Origin: an uncultured Bdellovibrio sp.
GTDB taxonomy: Bacteria; Bdellovibrionota; Bdellovibrionia; Bdellovibrionales; Bdellovibrionaceae
Direction of reading: 5' to 3'
Assembly: GCA_963932905.1 (NCBI GenBank)
Contig: CAWVRN010000040.1
Location: 1-25,779 of the forward strand
DNA length: 25,779 nt
The translations under genes and the position numbers were made by a program. Positions 8,776-18,068 of this stretch are shown in pieces. The notes beneath the pieces are model-generated. The model did no database searches. It was not told the DNA's origin and saw only the letters and a list, made by a program, of their open reading frames with translations. Each line of letters opens with the position of its first letter. Positions within the stretch are counted from its first letter, which is position 1.

Positions 8776-8854
8776 ATTCTCCTCCTTAAACGGTTCATCC
8801 TATTCAATGGGATTGGACCTCCAGGTTCAAGAAAAATTCAGCTAAAGCCGCAGA

Positions 8855-8882
8855 TTGACAATAGATTTCTATTGAGTAAGGT
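8855..8882 (+). promoter_or_regulatory. Putative sigma-70 promoter of hemB with overlapping palindrome
   Basis: TTGACA (8855) - 16 bp - TAAGGT; inverted repeat caataga-tt-tctattg (8859..8874) in the spacer. Confidence 0.45.
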
Positions 8883-8900
8883 TAAACACGGAGAGTTTTT

Positions 8901-9887
8901 ATGTATCTGATGAAAAAAAGACCTCGACGCACTCGTAAAAATCAATCTATTCGCAATCTGGTAGCCGAAACTGCCTTACCTGACGCGAGCCAGTTGATCT
9001 ACCCCGTTTTTATTCAAGAGGGCCGAAATTACGCTCAAGAAATAGCCTCAATGCCTGGCCAATTTCGGATGAGCGTCGACACGCTTTTACAAAGGATGGC
9101 AACCTGGAAAAAATTAGGGATCAACAACTACGCCCTGTTTCCTAACATCGACGACAAATTGAAAAATGCAAAGTCCACCGAAGCTTTAAACGCTAATGGT
9201 TTTTTGTATCAGGCCATTAAAAAAATTAAAGACCGCTACCCTGAAGTTAATATTTTTGCCGACGTCGCATTAGATCCCTTCAATTCCGATGGCCACGATG
9301 GCCTTGTCGAGAACGGTGAGATCGTAAATGATAAAACAATTGAAGTTTTATCTCGTATGTCAGTCCTATCGGCTCAAGCTGGCGCTGATTTCGTTTGCCC
9401 AAGTGACATGATGGATGGACGAATTGGAAAAATCCGTAAAGCTTTGGAAGCCGAAGGCTTAATTAATACGGGCATCGTGGCTTACTCGGCTAAATATGCC
9501 TCGTCATTTTATGGACCATTCCGCGACGCCTTGGATTCTGCACCTCGTGCGGGTGATAAGAAAACCTATCAAATGGATTTCAGGAATTCACGTGAAGCGA
9601 TTAAAGAAATCGAACTCGATATTCAAGAAGGTGCTGACATCGTGATGGTGAAACCGGCACTCAGTTATTTGGACATTATTTCACAGGCAAAACGCCACTT
9701 CAAGTATCCGATCGCGGCTTACAACGTCAGCGGCGAATATGCGATGGTCAAAGCCGCTGGTAAAAATGGTTGGCTAGATGAAACGAAAGCGATGATTGAA
9801 ATTTTAACTTCAATCAAACGCGCAGGCGCTGATATTATTTTCACATACCACGCCGTGGACTACGCTAAATTAAGGGATGAACAATGA
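8901..9887 (+). CDS. hemB: Porphobilinogen synthase (ALA dehydratase), Asp-rich non-zinc type
   Basis: RPRR start, DVALDPFNSDGHDG, SDMMDGRI, YSAKYASSFYGPFRDA, MVKP, AYNVSGEY. Confidence 0.97.
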   Translation: MYLMKKRPRRTRKNQSIRNLVAETALPDASQLIYPVFIQEGRNYAQEIASMPGQFRMSVDTLLQRMATWKKLGINNYALFPNIDDKLKNAKSTEALNANGFLYQAIKKIKDRYPEVNIFADVALDPFNSDGHDGLVENGEIVNDKTIEVLSRMSVLSAQAGADFVCPSDMMDGRIGKIRKALEAEGLINTGIVAYSAKYASSFYGPFRDALDSAPRAGDKKTYQMDFRNSREAIKEIELDIQEGADIVMVKPALSYLDIISQAKRHFKYPIAAYNVSGEYAMVKAAGKNGWLDETKAMIEILTSIKRAGADIIFTYHAVDYAKLRDEQ

Positions 9888-10192
9888 TTATTTCACGCTG
9901 GCAAGGGACACAAGAATTGTCCGTCGATAAAATTAAAAAATACTACCACATTCGCGAAGACCAAGATTTCAAAGTGGAGAAATTTGATTCTGGCACTGTG
10001 ATCAAAGATCACTACCATCATTTGCTTGAAATACGCATTATTACGGAAGGCCAGTTGCTATGTAATATATCGGGCAATCAATTACTACTGCGCCCAGGTG
10101 ATCGCATTGAAATCCCCGCCAACACGAAACACGCCTACAGTAACAATTACCCCGACGCGTGCACGTGCTTGGTCGGCTACTACACGTTTTAA
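9884..10192 (+). CDS. Cupin-domain protein
   Basis: HYH..E motif plus LRPGDRIEIPANTKH; ATGA overlap with the hemB stop indicates translational coupling. Confidence 0.85.
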   Translation: MIISRWQGTQELSVDKIKKYYHIREDQDFKVEKFDSGTVIKDHYHHLLEIRIITEGQLLCNISGNQLLLRPGDRIEIPANTKHAYSNNYPDACTCLVGYYTF

Positions 10193-10220
10193 TATCCTCG
10201 TCTGCGCCTAACACGATTTC

Positions 10221-10248
10221 GCCGACGCTGGTCGAGTCGGCATTAAAA
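10221..10248 (+). terminator. Possible terminator hairpin after hemB-cupin
   Basis: gccgac-N9-gtcggc stem; weak U-tract. Confidence 0.35.
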
Positions 10249-10312
10249 CGTAGACAAATAATACGATTAACACAATAGTTTCTATGTACCTTCTCTATTT
10301 AACGATGATTCT

Positions 10313-10329
10313 AAAAAAAAAAAAAAAAA
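10313..10329 (+). repeat. Poly-A17 homopolymer
   Basis: 17 consecutive A ending 19 nt upstream of the DUF885 ATG. Confidence 0.9.
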
Positions 10330-10348
10330 CGAATTACGAGGAAAAAAA

Positions 10349-12190
10349 ATGAGATCTCAATCTAAACTAATGTCGGCACTGGCCGGACTATTAATTTCCA
10401 TTGCTATGTCAGCTCCGGCGCTAGCTAAGGATGGCGTTTACCCAGCAATTGCGGAATGCGAAGCTCAAATTAAAAAACAAGCGGGCTACAATGACAATAA
10501 AAAGTTAACTCAAAGTCTGGATTTTATCTGGGCTCAGTGGATGAAAGAATACCCGGAATGGGCTACTTACGTCGGTTACCCTGGCCAAGATGATCGCTGG
10601 ACCGATCGGTCCCTTGCCACCGTTGACAAGCGTAAGCAATTGCCCAATTGCCACGAAAAACTATTAGCGAAAATCAATCCCAAAAAATTAACCGAGCAGA
10701 ACAAGCTGACTTTAAAATTGATCACTAAAAAAATTAAGACTCAAATCGAAGGTTCACAATTTCCTTCGAAATACTTGGTCGTCGATCAATTGAGCGGTGC
10801 CCACATGGATATCGTTGATCTTATGATGAGTGCATCGAAACTGACTCCAAAAGATTATGAAGATCGTTTGTCTCGATTGGATAAATTCCCAACATACATC
10901 GATCAAACAATTGGCTTGATGGAAGAAGGAATCAAGCACAAAATCACCCCAGTTAAGTTCTTGATGGAGTCGGTACCTAAACAGTTTGATACCGTTTTAA
11001 CAAAAGATGCGAAATCAAATCCGATCTACAAGGCATTTGAAGATATGCCAGCTGCATTTGATTCTGAATTTAAAAAGTCAGTATTGACTCGCGCTGAAAA
11101 ACTAATCACTGAAAAAGTAATGCCGAGTTTAACTAAATTAAAAACATTCGTGGTTGAAAAATACATCCCCAATTGCCGTACGGAAATCGCAGTGTCGACA
11201 TTCCCTCAAGGTGACAAATGGTACGAATTTTTAGTGAAAGACCATACGACAACAAACTTAACAGCGAAACAAATTCACGAATTAGGTTTAGCGGAAGTCG
11301 CACGCATTAATAAAGATATGGAAGGCATCCGCACGAAATTGAAATTCAAAGGTACAAAAGCCGAATTTCATAAGTTCATCCAAACAGATTCTCAGTTTTT
11401 CTTTACTAACCCAAAAGATTTGATCAGCGAGTACCGCAATATCGCTAAACAAATCGATCCTGAACTTCCACGCTTTTTTTCCAAAATGCCGGAATTGCCG
11501 TATGGTGTTCGCGAAATGCCAGCTTACAAGGCGGCTAACTCCCCGACTGCTTACTATTACGGTGGCAGCATTAAATCTGGTCGCCCTGGTTATTTCGAAG
11601 CGAACACTTACAATTTAAAATCACGTCCTAAATGGGAAATGGAAGTCTTAACTGTACACGAAGCCGTTCCAGGACATCACTTGCAAATATCGATCGCTCA
11701 AGAGCTGGGTGATTTACCAGAATTCAGAAAAAATGAAGGTTACACAGCGTTCGTTGAAGGCTGGGGATTATACTCTGAAAGCTTAGGTGATGAATTAGGT
11801 TTATATAAAGATTTATATTCTAAATATGGTCAGCATTCCTATGAAATGTGGCGCGCGGTTCGCCTAGTTGTCGATACCGGCATGCATTCGATGGGTTGGT
11901 CAAAACAGAAAGCGTTAGATTATTTTATGGAAAATATTCCTAAAGATCGCTTGCAATCAGAAAACGAGATCGATCGTTATATCACTTGGCCTGGACAAGC
12001 ACTAGCCTACAAGGTCGGCGAACTAAAATTCAAAGAAATGAAAAAACGCGCACAAGATAAACTACAAGATAAATTCGATATCCGCGAATTCCATAAACAA
12101 GTGTTGGGCAAAGGCGCCCTTCCCATGGATATCCTGGAAGAGGAATTTAATAATTGGTTAGCTAAAAAACAAACAACTAAATTAAACTAA
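10349..12190 (+). CDS. DUF885-family exported putative metallopeptidase
   Basis: Signal peptide ALA; HEAVPGHHLQ, EGWGLYSE, RAVRLVVDTGMH, EIDRY..WPGQALAYKVG. Confidence 0.93.
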   Translation: MRSQSKLMSALAGLLISIAMSAPALAKDGVYPAIAECEAQIKKQAGYNDNKKLTQSLDFIWAQWMKEYPEWATYVGYPGQDDRWTDRSLATVDKRKQLPNCHEKLLAKINPKKLTEQNKLTLKLITKKIKTQIEGSQFPSKYLVVDQLSGAHMDIVDLMMSASKLTPKDYEDRLSRLDKFPTYIDQTIGLMEEGIKHKITPVKFLMESVPKQFDTVLTKDAKSNPIYKAFEDMPAAFDSEFKKSVLTRAEKLITEKVMPSLTKLKTFVVEKYIPNCRTEIAVSTFPQGDKWYEFLVKDHTTTNLTAKQIHELGLAEVARINKDMEGIRTKLKFKGTKAEFHKFIQTDSQFFFTNPKDLISEYRNIAKQIDPELPRFFSKMPELPYGVREMPAYKAANSPTAYYYGGSIKSGRPGYFEANTYNLKSRPKWEMEVLTVHEAVPGHHLQISIAQELGDLPEFRKNEGYTAFVEGWGLYSESLGDELGLYKDLYSKYGQHSYEMWRAVRLVVDTGMHSMGWSKQKALDYFMENIPKDRLQSENEIDRYITWPGQALAYKVGELKFKEMKKRAQDKLQDKFDIREFHKQVLGKGALPMDILEEEFNNWLAKKQTTKLN

Positions 12191-12202
12191 AGGATTTTGA
12201 AT

Positions 12203-12979
12203 ATGAAAACTCTATTAGCAGGATTGCTCTTTTTAGTTTCAACTCGCGTCATGGCGGCTGGCCTTGGCAAGACAATCACTTACAAAGAAAAAGACACGGA
12301 ACTTGAAGGCTATATCGCTGAAACGCCGATGAAAAAGAAAAAAGTCCCAGGATTTATTATCGTTCATGATTGGATGGGCCTATCTGAAGATAATAAACAA
12401 GAAGCCGATAAACTAGCTGACAAAGGCGCTGTCGCTTTAGCCGTCGATATCTACGGTAAAGGCGTACGCCCTAAGAACGCAGAAGAAGCGGGTAAAACGG
12501 CAGGTATCTACAAAAAAGATCGCGCACTACTACGTGAGCGAATCAAAGCCGGTTACAATACACTACTTGCGAATAAAAAAGTAGATCCAAAGAAAATCAT
12601 CATCTTAGGGTACTGCTTTGGTGGTATGACGGCGTTAGATCTAGCACGCACTGGGGCTGACCTAGCGGGCGTGGTTTCTTACCATGGCAATTTAGATTCA
12701 GTCGACCCTAAAGAGGCAAAAAACATCAAAGGCAAAGTGCTAGTCATGCATGGAGCGATTGATCCATTCGTACCAGCAGCGCAAGTCGACGCTTTCCAAA
12801 AAGAAATGGATGAAGCTAAGGTTGACTACCAATTAATTAAATACAGTGGTGCCGTTCATGCGTTCACTAACAAAAACGCAGGAACAGATATTTCTAAAGG
12901 TGCCGCGTACAACGCCACAGCGGATGCTCGTTCTAGAAAACTATTTGACTCGTTCGTAACCGAAGTTTTGGCTCTGTAG
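12203..12979 (+). CDS. Dienelactone hydrolase family protein, exported
   Basis: HDWMG, nucleophile GYCFGG, HGAID, HAFT; signal peptide; start either ATG 12203 or TTG 12197. Confidence 0.92.
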   Translation: MKTLLAGLLFLVSTRVMAAGLGKTITYKEKDTELEGYIAETPMKKKKVPGFIIVHDWMGLSEDNKQEADKLADKGAVALAVDIYGKGVRPKNAEEAGKTAGIYKKDRALLRERIKAGYNTLLANKKVDPKKIIILGYCFGGMTALDLARTGADLAGVVSYHGNLDSVDPKEAKNIKGKVLVMHGAIDPFVPAAQVDAFQKEMDEAKVDYQLIKYSGAVHAFTNKNAGTDISKGAAYNATADARSRKLFDSFVTEVLAL

Positions 12980-13004
12980 AAAATAGGTCAAATTTCCGAA
13001 ATAG

Positions 13005-13036
13005 AAAAGCCGATGTTTATAAACATCGGCTTTTTT
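13005..13036. terminator. Bidirectional intrinsic terminator
   Basis: aaaagccgatgttt-at-aaacatcggctttt palindrome with A and T tails between convergent genes. Confidence 0.85.
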
Positions 13037-13488
13037 TACTTAGCAGCCCGTTTAATCGATTGAATGACTTGATCCAAAGTCCCTAGAAATCGAGAGCGGG
13101 CTTTCTTGTCCATGGGTGCTGGACCGCCACGCATTTCGCCCATATGGCGAAGGTTTTCCATTAACTCGCGGCCGGCAACGGCGCTGCCAATGTTATCTTC
13201 GGTGAATTCTTCACCTTTAGGCCCTATAACTCGAACGGATTTTTTCACGCATCGATCGGCCAGCAAAATATCGGCCGTGACAACTATATCGTTGGCTTCA
13301 GAGTGCTCAACGATCCAGTTGTCAGCGGCATCAAAACTACCACTGACAACTTTCATTTCGATCAGTGAACTCATGGGAACATTCATCCACTGATTTGCGA
13401 CCACTAAAACTTCTAACTTGTATCGTTCGGCCACCCGATAAACTTCGTCTTTTACCGGGCAGGCATCGGCATCAATGAAAATTTTCAC
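13036..13488 (-). CDS. YaiI/YqxD (DUF188) family protein
   Basis: [23 protein letters not shown] motifs. Confidence 0.93.
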   Translation of the reverse strand: MKIFIDADACPVKDEVYRVAERYKLEVLVVANQWMNVPMSSLIEMKVVSGSFDAADNWIVEHSEANDIVVTADILLADRCVKKSVRVIGPKGEEFTEDNIGSAVAGRELMENLRHMGEMRGGPAPMDKKARSRFLGTLDQVIQSIKRAAK

Positions 13489-13497
13489 TTAAATCAA

Positions 13498-14415
13498 CTA
13501 CATTCTGGCTTTGTACCAGCATGAAGGACGCAATCCTACTTTGAATCCGCTAGTGGCCGTACATGATGTCATCGCTGCTTGTCTTTCTGCGGCTACACCT
13601 TTTTTACCTCCAGGTTGTTTTTTACCTGGAACCATAGCATCGATCCATCCCATAGGACAAATCGCACCTTGGAAATAAGTATCTAGGCGACATTGCGCCT
13701 CTGGATGGCCATCGTATGTTTGCGCAACCACAGCAAGACTTGGCGTATGCAATTGCGGGTTACCACGTTTACTCAATGACGCTAAAACTTCAGCTAAAGA
13801 TTCTGCCGCTGTCACCGAACGATAGCACAAGTTTTGATCGGCTTCTTTTTTCCAGATTTTATCACATTCAGATTTCACCAGCGCCGAAGCCGTTGATCTG
13901 AACACTTCGTTTTCTTTAACTTCGTTTGCCCAAATCTTACGCGCGCACACTTGTGTAGCGTAATAATCAGCTTCTCCCTCGTTAGACACCCAGTTCATAC
14001 CGAGCAATGCAGCCAATCCTGTTTCCACAAATGGGAAACCCGCTAAATGATGACCGATTTCATGACATACCACTAGCGCTATACCATCTTTTGACATAGC
14101 TGGATGCCGAGCCAAACCGCCGGTGATAACCACTTGCCAATTACCAAACGTTTTTTTTGCGAACGCGTTTGGTGTATTATTACCCCATTGTGCCTTCACC
14201 GATAATTTACCACCCAATTTTCTAACGATTGGAATGTACATATTTTCAATGTTCTTAACGACACGTGTGAACTCGACTGGTTCAGTCAATGGTGAATTTG
14301 TAGCGTCGTTCAAGTCGATCGGACCTGACATTTCTTCCGGCACAAACACCGCATGAGCTTGAAAGCTCACGAACAAAGACATAGCAATACATAGTGATTT
14401 AATAAAACGAGACAT
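13498..14415 (-). CDS. Exported Cys-rich zinc metalloprotease (zincin, M48-like)
   Basis: Signal peptide AHA; NAFA, CHEIGHH (HEXXH), EGEADYYA, HP..QCR, terminal RPSCWY. Confidence 0.8.
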   Translation of the reverse strand: MSRFIKSLCIAMSLFVSFQAHAVFVPEEMSGPIDLNDATNSPLTEPVEFTRVVKNIENMYIPIVRKLGGKLSVKAQWGNNTPNAFAKKTFGNWQVVITGGLARHPAMSKDGIALVVCHEIGHHLAGFPFVETGLAALLGMNWVSNEGEADYYATQVCARKIWANEVKENEVFRSTASALVKSECDKIWKKEADQNLCYRSVTAAESLAEVLASLSKRGNPQLHTPSLAVVAQTYDGHPEAQCRLDTYFQGAICPMGWIDAMVPGKKQPGGKKGVAAERQAAMTSCTATSGFKVGLRPSCWYKARM

Positions 14416-14602
14416 ATCCCCTCCATAAAATTAGATAAAATCCATTTAAGTTTAAACAATCGACGTTATTTCAAATTCCCCTCGAAAAATCGTCTGTCTG
14501 AAATTTTCAAACGCAAAGGACAACCGTGTCTAGCTTTATTTACAAAGACTCCCCCAAATATTTTTTATTGACGCTACAGGAAATAGCAAGTGATCATCAG
14601 TA

Positions 14603-14890
14603 ATGAGCGAAAGAGACGAGAAAAGAGACGAGAAAAGAGACGAGAAAAAACCAGCACGACGTGAACCACCCGAGGGAGTCACATTAGAAATGATGGTAGA
14701 GGCCCTTGTTGCAAACTATGGGTGGGAACGATTGGGCGAAAAAATTCGGATCCATTGTTTTACCGAAAACCCAAGCATCAAATCCAGTCTTAAATTTCTG
14801 CGCAAAACGCCATGGGCACGCACAAAAGTAGAACAGCTGTATATCTGGAGAAATAAAACAGGTTGGGACCCGAGAGATAACGACAAGTAG
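14603..14890 (+). CDS. VF530 (DUF2132) family putative nucleic-acid-binding protein
   Basis: GVTLE..V..YGWE.L, CF..NPSIKSSLKFLRKTPWARTKVE. Confidence 0.9.
   Translation: MSERDEKRDEKRDEKKPARREPPEGVTLEMMVEALVANYGWERLGEKIRIHCFTENPSIKSSLKFLRKTPWARTKVEQLYIWRNKTGWDPRDNDK
14611..14646 (+). repeat. In-frame 12-bp tandem repeat x3 (RDEK)
   Basis: aagagacgagaa three times in exact succession. Confidence 0.9.
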
Positions 14891-15055
14891 AACTATTTTC
14901 CTTTAAATTTAAAATAGTACTGATCTTCCAACATTTGATTTTTGAAAATCAAATCACCTGCCGTAATAATTTTTTTGTCGCACCTCACGCTTCGACATCA
15001 GACTCAATGCGTTTCCTTTACGAGAAAAATTTTCCTCACCTCTAAACAAGAAACT

Positions 15056-15958
15056 CTATTTAATTTCTTGTTTAGCTTTGCGTAACATTTCAATCACAAG
15101 TTCTGCACGGCGCGTGGGTTTGCGGCCAACTTTCTGACATAGGTAAATCGGACACGAAGCCGGTTCATTCTTCATATCTAGTTCATACAGATCTTTATTA
15201 TCGATTTCATCAAATACACAGTGACGTGGTAAAACGGCTATCCCAACGCCTTCCCTCACTGCGTGAATAGCACCCGCAAGTGTTCCGATATGCAATGAAG
15301 GTTGAATCATATTCGTCTTGAACAATTTGATAAATCCATTTTTCTTCATCCATGTAGAGAAAAACAATTCCCAACCTGGATAAGAGATAAATCTAATATT
15401 TTTATGATCTTTCTCTAACAAAGGTTCAAATAATTTTTTATCTGAAGCTAAGCAGGAATACACCTCATCAGAAAATTTATCAAAACGAAGTTCCGGTGTT
15501 AATTTATCGCCCGTGATAAAACCAAAATCATAATGTCCGGACAAAATACCATCTGTAGTATGTGTTGTGGGTTTGATATCCACTTCAAAATGAATATCAG
15601 GGTAGGTTACGATATCGTGAACGATTTTCTTAAAATGCGGTGTCCACTGGCAGCTCTCAGGCATTGCATAGCGAACCAGTCCTTTTGGTTTATTGGTAAA
15701 GTCGGCAACTTCATCGTTAAACTTACTAATTTGATCAATCACCTCTTCGGCATACGAAGATAACTTCAGGGCCACAGCCGTCGGGATTAAATCATGTCCG
15801 TGACGTTCAAAAAGCTTTTTTCCAATATCAGATTCTAGTTTGGCGATCTGTTGACTGACTGTGGGTTGAGTAATTTTCAAATTACGAGCCGCCATCGAGA
15901 AAGATTTACTTTTTATAACTTCTAAAAATATTCTGAAATTTCGGGTATTTATGTCCAT
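15056..15958 (-). CDS. LysR-family transcriptional regulator
   Basis: SFSMAARNLKITQPTVSQQIAKLE..GKKLFER HTH; 300 aa. Confidence 0.95.
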   Translation of the reverse strand: MDINTRNFRIFLEVIKSKSFSMAARNLKITQPTVSQQIAKLESDIGKKLFERHGHDLIPTAVALKLSSYAEEVIDQISKFNDEVADFTNKPKGLVRYAMPESCQWTPHFKKIVHDIVTYPDIHFEVDIKPTTHTTDGILSGHYDFGFITGDKLTPELRFDKFSDEVYSCLASDKKLFEPLLEKDHKNIRFISYPGWELFFSTWMKKNGFIKLFKTNMIQPSLHIGTLAGAIHAVREGVGIAVLPRHCVFDEIDNKDLYELDMKNEPASCPIYLCQKVGRKPTRRAELVIEMLRKAKQEIK

Positions 15959-15968
15959 AGTAAACTCC

Positions 15969-15981
15969 TATACTTAGTATA
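15969..15981. promoter_or_regulatory. LysR T-N11-A box
   Basis: tatact-t-agtata perfect dyad in the divergent intergenic region. Confidence 0.5.
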
Positions 15982-16071
15982 TATTTTTCGCCAATTCCCA
16001 ATTGTCGGTCAGGTGTTTATAACCATTTTCGAAATGAAGCAATAGTTTAAAAACAACAAGGAGTTTATTAT

Positions 16072-16488
16072 ATGAAACAAATATTTTTAGTTTTAAGTTT
16101 ACTAGTAGGACAATTTTCAATGGCCAGTGTTTATTTAAACAAAGCCACCGTAGTACTAAAGGAAGGCACTCAAGATCGTTATTTTGCCGCCGCAAAACAA
16201 TTTGATATCTTGACCCAAACACGTAAAGAACCAGGCAATTTGCAATATATTTTAAAAACAGATCGTTTAAAACCTCGCTTAGTTATTTTTCACGAAATCT
16301 GGAAAACAAAAGCCGATCTAGATGCTCATTTACAAACACCTCACATGGCTGGTTTTTTCAAAAGCATCAATTTTGATCCTGCACTTTACAACATTACAGT
16401 TAAAGGCAATGCTGTTACGTTCACACCAAAAGCTATTTTACTTAACTACGTGATTGAAATGTTAGTATTAGAAGGTGTTGAAAAATAA
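16072..16488 (+). CDS. ABM / putative quinol monooxygenase with signal peptide
   Basis: TRKEPGNLQY, FHEIW, HLQTPHM; N-terminal signal ending SMA; RBS aaggag. Confidence 0.85.
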   Translation: MKQIFLVLSLLVGQFSMASVYLNKATVVLKEGTQDRYFAAAKQFDILTQTRKEPGNLQYILKTDRLKPRLVIFHEIWKTKADLDAHLQTPHMAGFFKSINFDPALYNITVKGNAVTFTPKAILLNYVIEMLVLEGVEK

Positions 16489-16500
16489 TCTCACTGACTA

Positions 16501-16535
16501 AAAAGCAAAACTAGGCTGTGCCTAGTTTTGCTTTT
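16501..16535. terminator. Bidirectional terminator
   Basis: aaaagcaaaactaggc-tgt-gcctagttttgctttt, 16-bp perfect stem. Confidence 0.85.
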
Positions 16536-16710
16536 CTTTTTTTGAATTTAACTTTAATGCATTCTTCATCGAACACAACAATTTGTATCCGTTCACAGAA
16601 TTTGCCGACTGGCTACAATCAGAATTTAAACATATTGTTTTATCAAATTCAGCACCCATTAAAAGATCATTAGCAAATTTAAGAGTCACATATAAAACTC
16701 GTGCGCCCAT
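16522..16710 (-). other. Possible small CDS or gene remnant (ATG at 16710)
   Basis: Open frame filling the gap, with its stop inside the terminator arm; no recognisable family or RBS. Confidence 0.25.
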
Positions 16711-16756
16711 CGCCGTCAGAGACCGTTCGCTGTTTGAATATCGATTGGTTTGACTA

Positions 16757-17281
16757 CTAAATGTCTTTAGATAATGGTTTCCAAACATCCACCTCTTGTA
16801 CCCATTTCCCTTTAGATAGACGAACCAGCACATGTGCGTTCAGGTAAAATCCAACGGCGGCACCAGGTAGCTGAGGAAGTATAACAAACAGTCCGTAAAA
16901 CAAAATCGCCATTCCTTTTTCCCAAGTCATCAGTGAGGGCGCATCCACGATCATACTATAAACAATGATCGTCGCCATCAGGGATAAATAACCCGCAATC
17001 ACATGAAACAGAATCGAAACGAAGGAGCCAAACACAGGACGCTTAAAATAGATCCATTCAAAGCAGCGACGACGAAATGCCCAGCTGACGAGTATCATTA
17101 CCACGGTAGACCCGAACAACCAGCTCAGTAGTTCAACCGAACCTTTCCAATTTTCCTTCAAAGATACTAAATACCAAACCCAGGCCGACACCACCGGTAA
17201 AAACCCAGTCCCTGCCAAAACCCATTTTGCGACAGTTTCATTACGCTTATTCTTTGAACCATTATCTCTATTTGAATCCAC
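16757..17281 (-). CDS. Hypothetical membrane protein (~4 TM), probable TetR target
   Basis: Four hydrophobic segments; GTG start with aagga upstream; divergent from TetR. Confidence 0.7.
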   Translation of the reverse strand: MDSNRDNGSKNKRNETVAKWVLAGTGFLPVVSAWVWYLVSLKENWKGSVELLSWLFGSTVVMILVSWAFRRRCFEWIYFKRPVFGSFVSILFHVIAGYLSLMATIIVYSMIVDAPSLMTWEKGMAILFYGLFVILPQLPGAAVGFYLNAHVLVRLSKGKWVQEVDVWKPLSKDI

Positions 17282-17312
17282 AACCTTGTCCTTTCAGCTA
17301 CTTATGTAGCAT

Positions 17313-17359
17313 TTTTGAACATGTTTAAAATATAGATTATTTTTTAAACATGTTCAAAT
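17313..17359. promoter_or_regulatory. Two TetR operator-like palindromes
   Basis: ttttgaacatgtttaaaa (17313..17330) and ttttaaacatgttcaaat (17342..17359), inverted copies of each other at 17/18, core AACATGTT. Confidence 0.8.
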
Positions 17360-17387
17360 ATTTTAATTTCTATGCTATAAACGTTTC

Positions 17388-18068
17388 ATGGCAGATCAAA
17401 AAACCGTGTCTAAATCAGAAGTTACCGCTCGACGCCTGTATGAAATATCGATGCGTCAGTTTCTTGAAAAAGGATTCGACGCCACAACCATGCGTGATTT
17501 AGCCGCCGCCGCGGAACTATCCCCGGGCGCGTTTTACTATCACTTCCCCAACAAGGAAGCGATTATTCAGCTTTTCTATCAACGATCGTTCGATTCATTT
17601 CGCGATGCCTGCCAAGATGTATTTGCCAAAACAGATGTCCTAGAAGAGCGATTCATCGGCGTGATTGAAGCGCGCCTAAAAACATTTGATTCATCCCGTG
17701 AACTATTGGTCGTACTGTCTCGCAGTGCTGTGGACCCGCAGTCACCGCTATCCCCGTTTGGTCACGAACAAAAAGAAATTCGCGAAGCCACGATCACCCT
17801 GATGAAGGAAATGATCGAAGGCAGCGATCTAAAATGCGAAAAAGGACTACGCAGCTATTTGCCCGATTTATTCTGGATGTACATGATGGGTATGATTTTA
17901 TATTGGGTATTTGACCAAACCAAGGATCAAAAAAAAACTACGGACTTGATCAAACAACTGACTCCACAGATCTGCAAACTAGTCCGCTACACCCGCATTC
18001 CTTTAAGCGGCACTGTTCTAGCACCACTTAAAAAAACTCTGCAAACGGTGTTAGGTAATCGCGGTTAG
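17388..18068 (+). CDS. TetR/AcrR family regulator
   Basis: GFDATTMRDLAAAAELSPGAFYYHFPNKE HTH; C-terminal SPLSPF motif. Confidence 0.95.
   Translation: MADQKTVSKSEVTARRLYEISMRQFLEKGFDATTMRDLAAAAELSPGAFYYHFPNKEAIIQLFYQRSFDSFRDACQDVFAKTDVLEERFIGVIEARLKTFDSSRELLVVLSRSAVDPQSPLSPFGHEQKEIREATITLMKEMIEGSDLKCEKGLRSYLPDLFWMYMMGMILYWVFDQTKDQKKTTDLIKQLTPQICKLVRYTRIPLSGTVLAPLKKTLQTVLGNRG

Noticed and set aside
14933..14954. atttgatttt-tg-aaaatcaaat as an FNR box
   Set aside because: The TTGAT/ATCAA spacing is 8 rather than 4 and it lies between convergent genes; more likely a terminator-like dyad.
15974..16222. 82-aa minus-strand ORF upstream of LysR
   Set aside because: It overlaps the ABM gene antisense and the regulatory gap; no family features.
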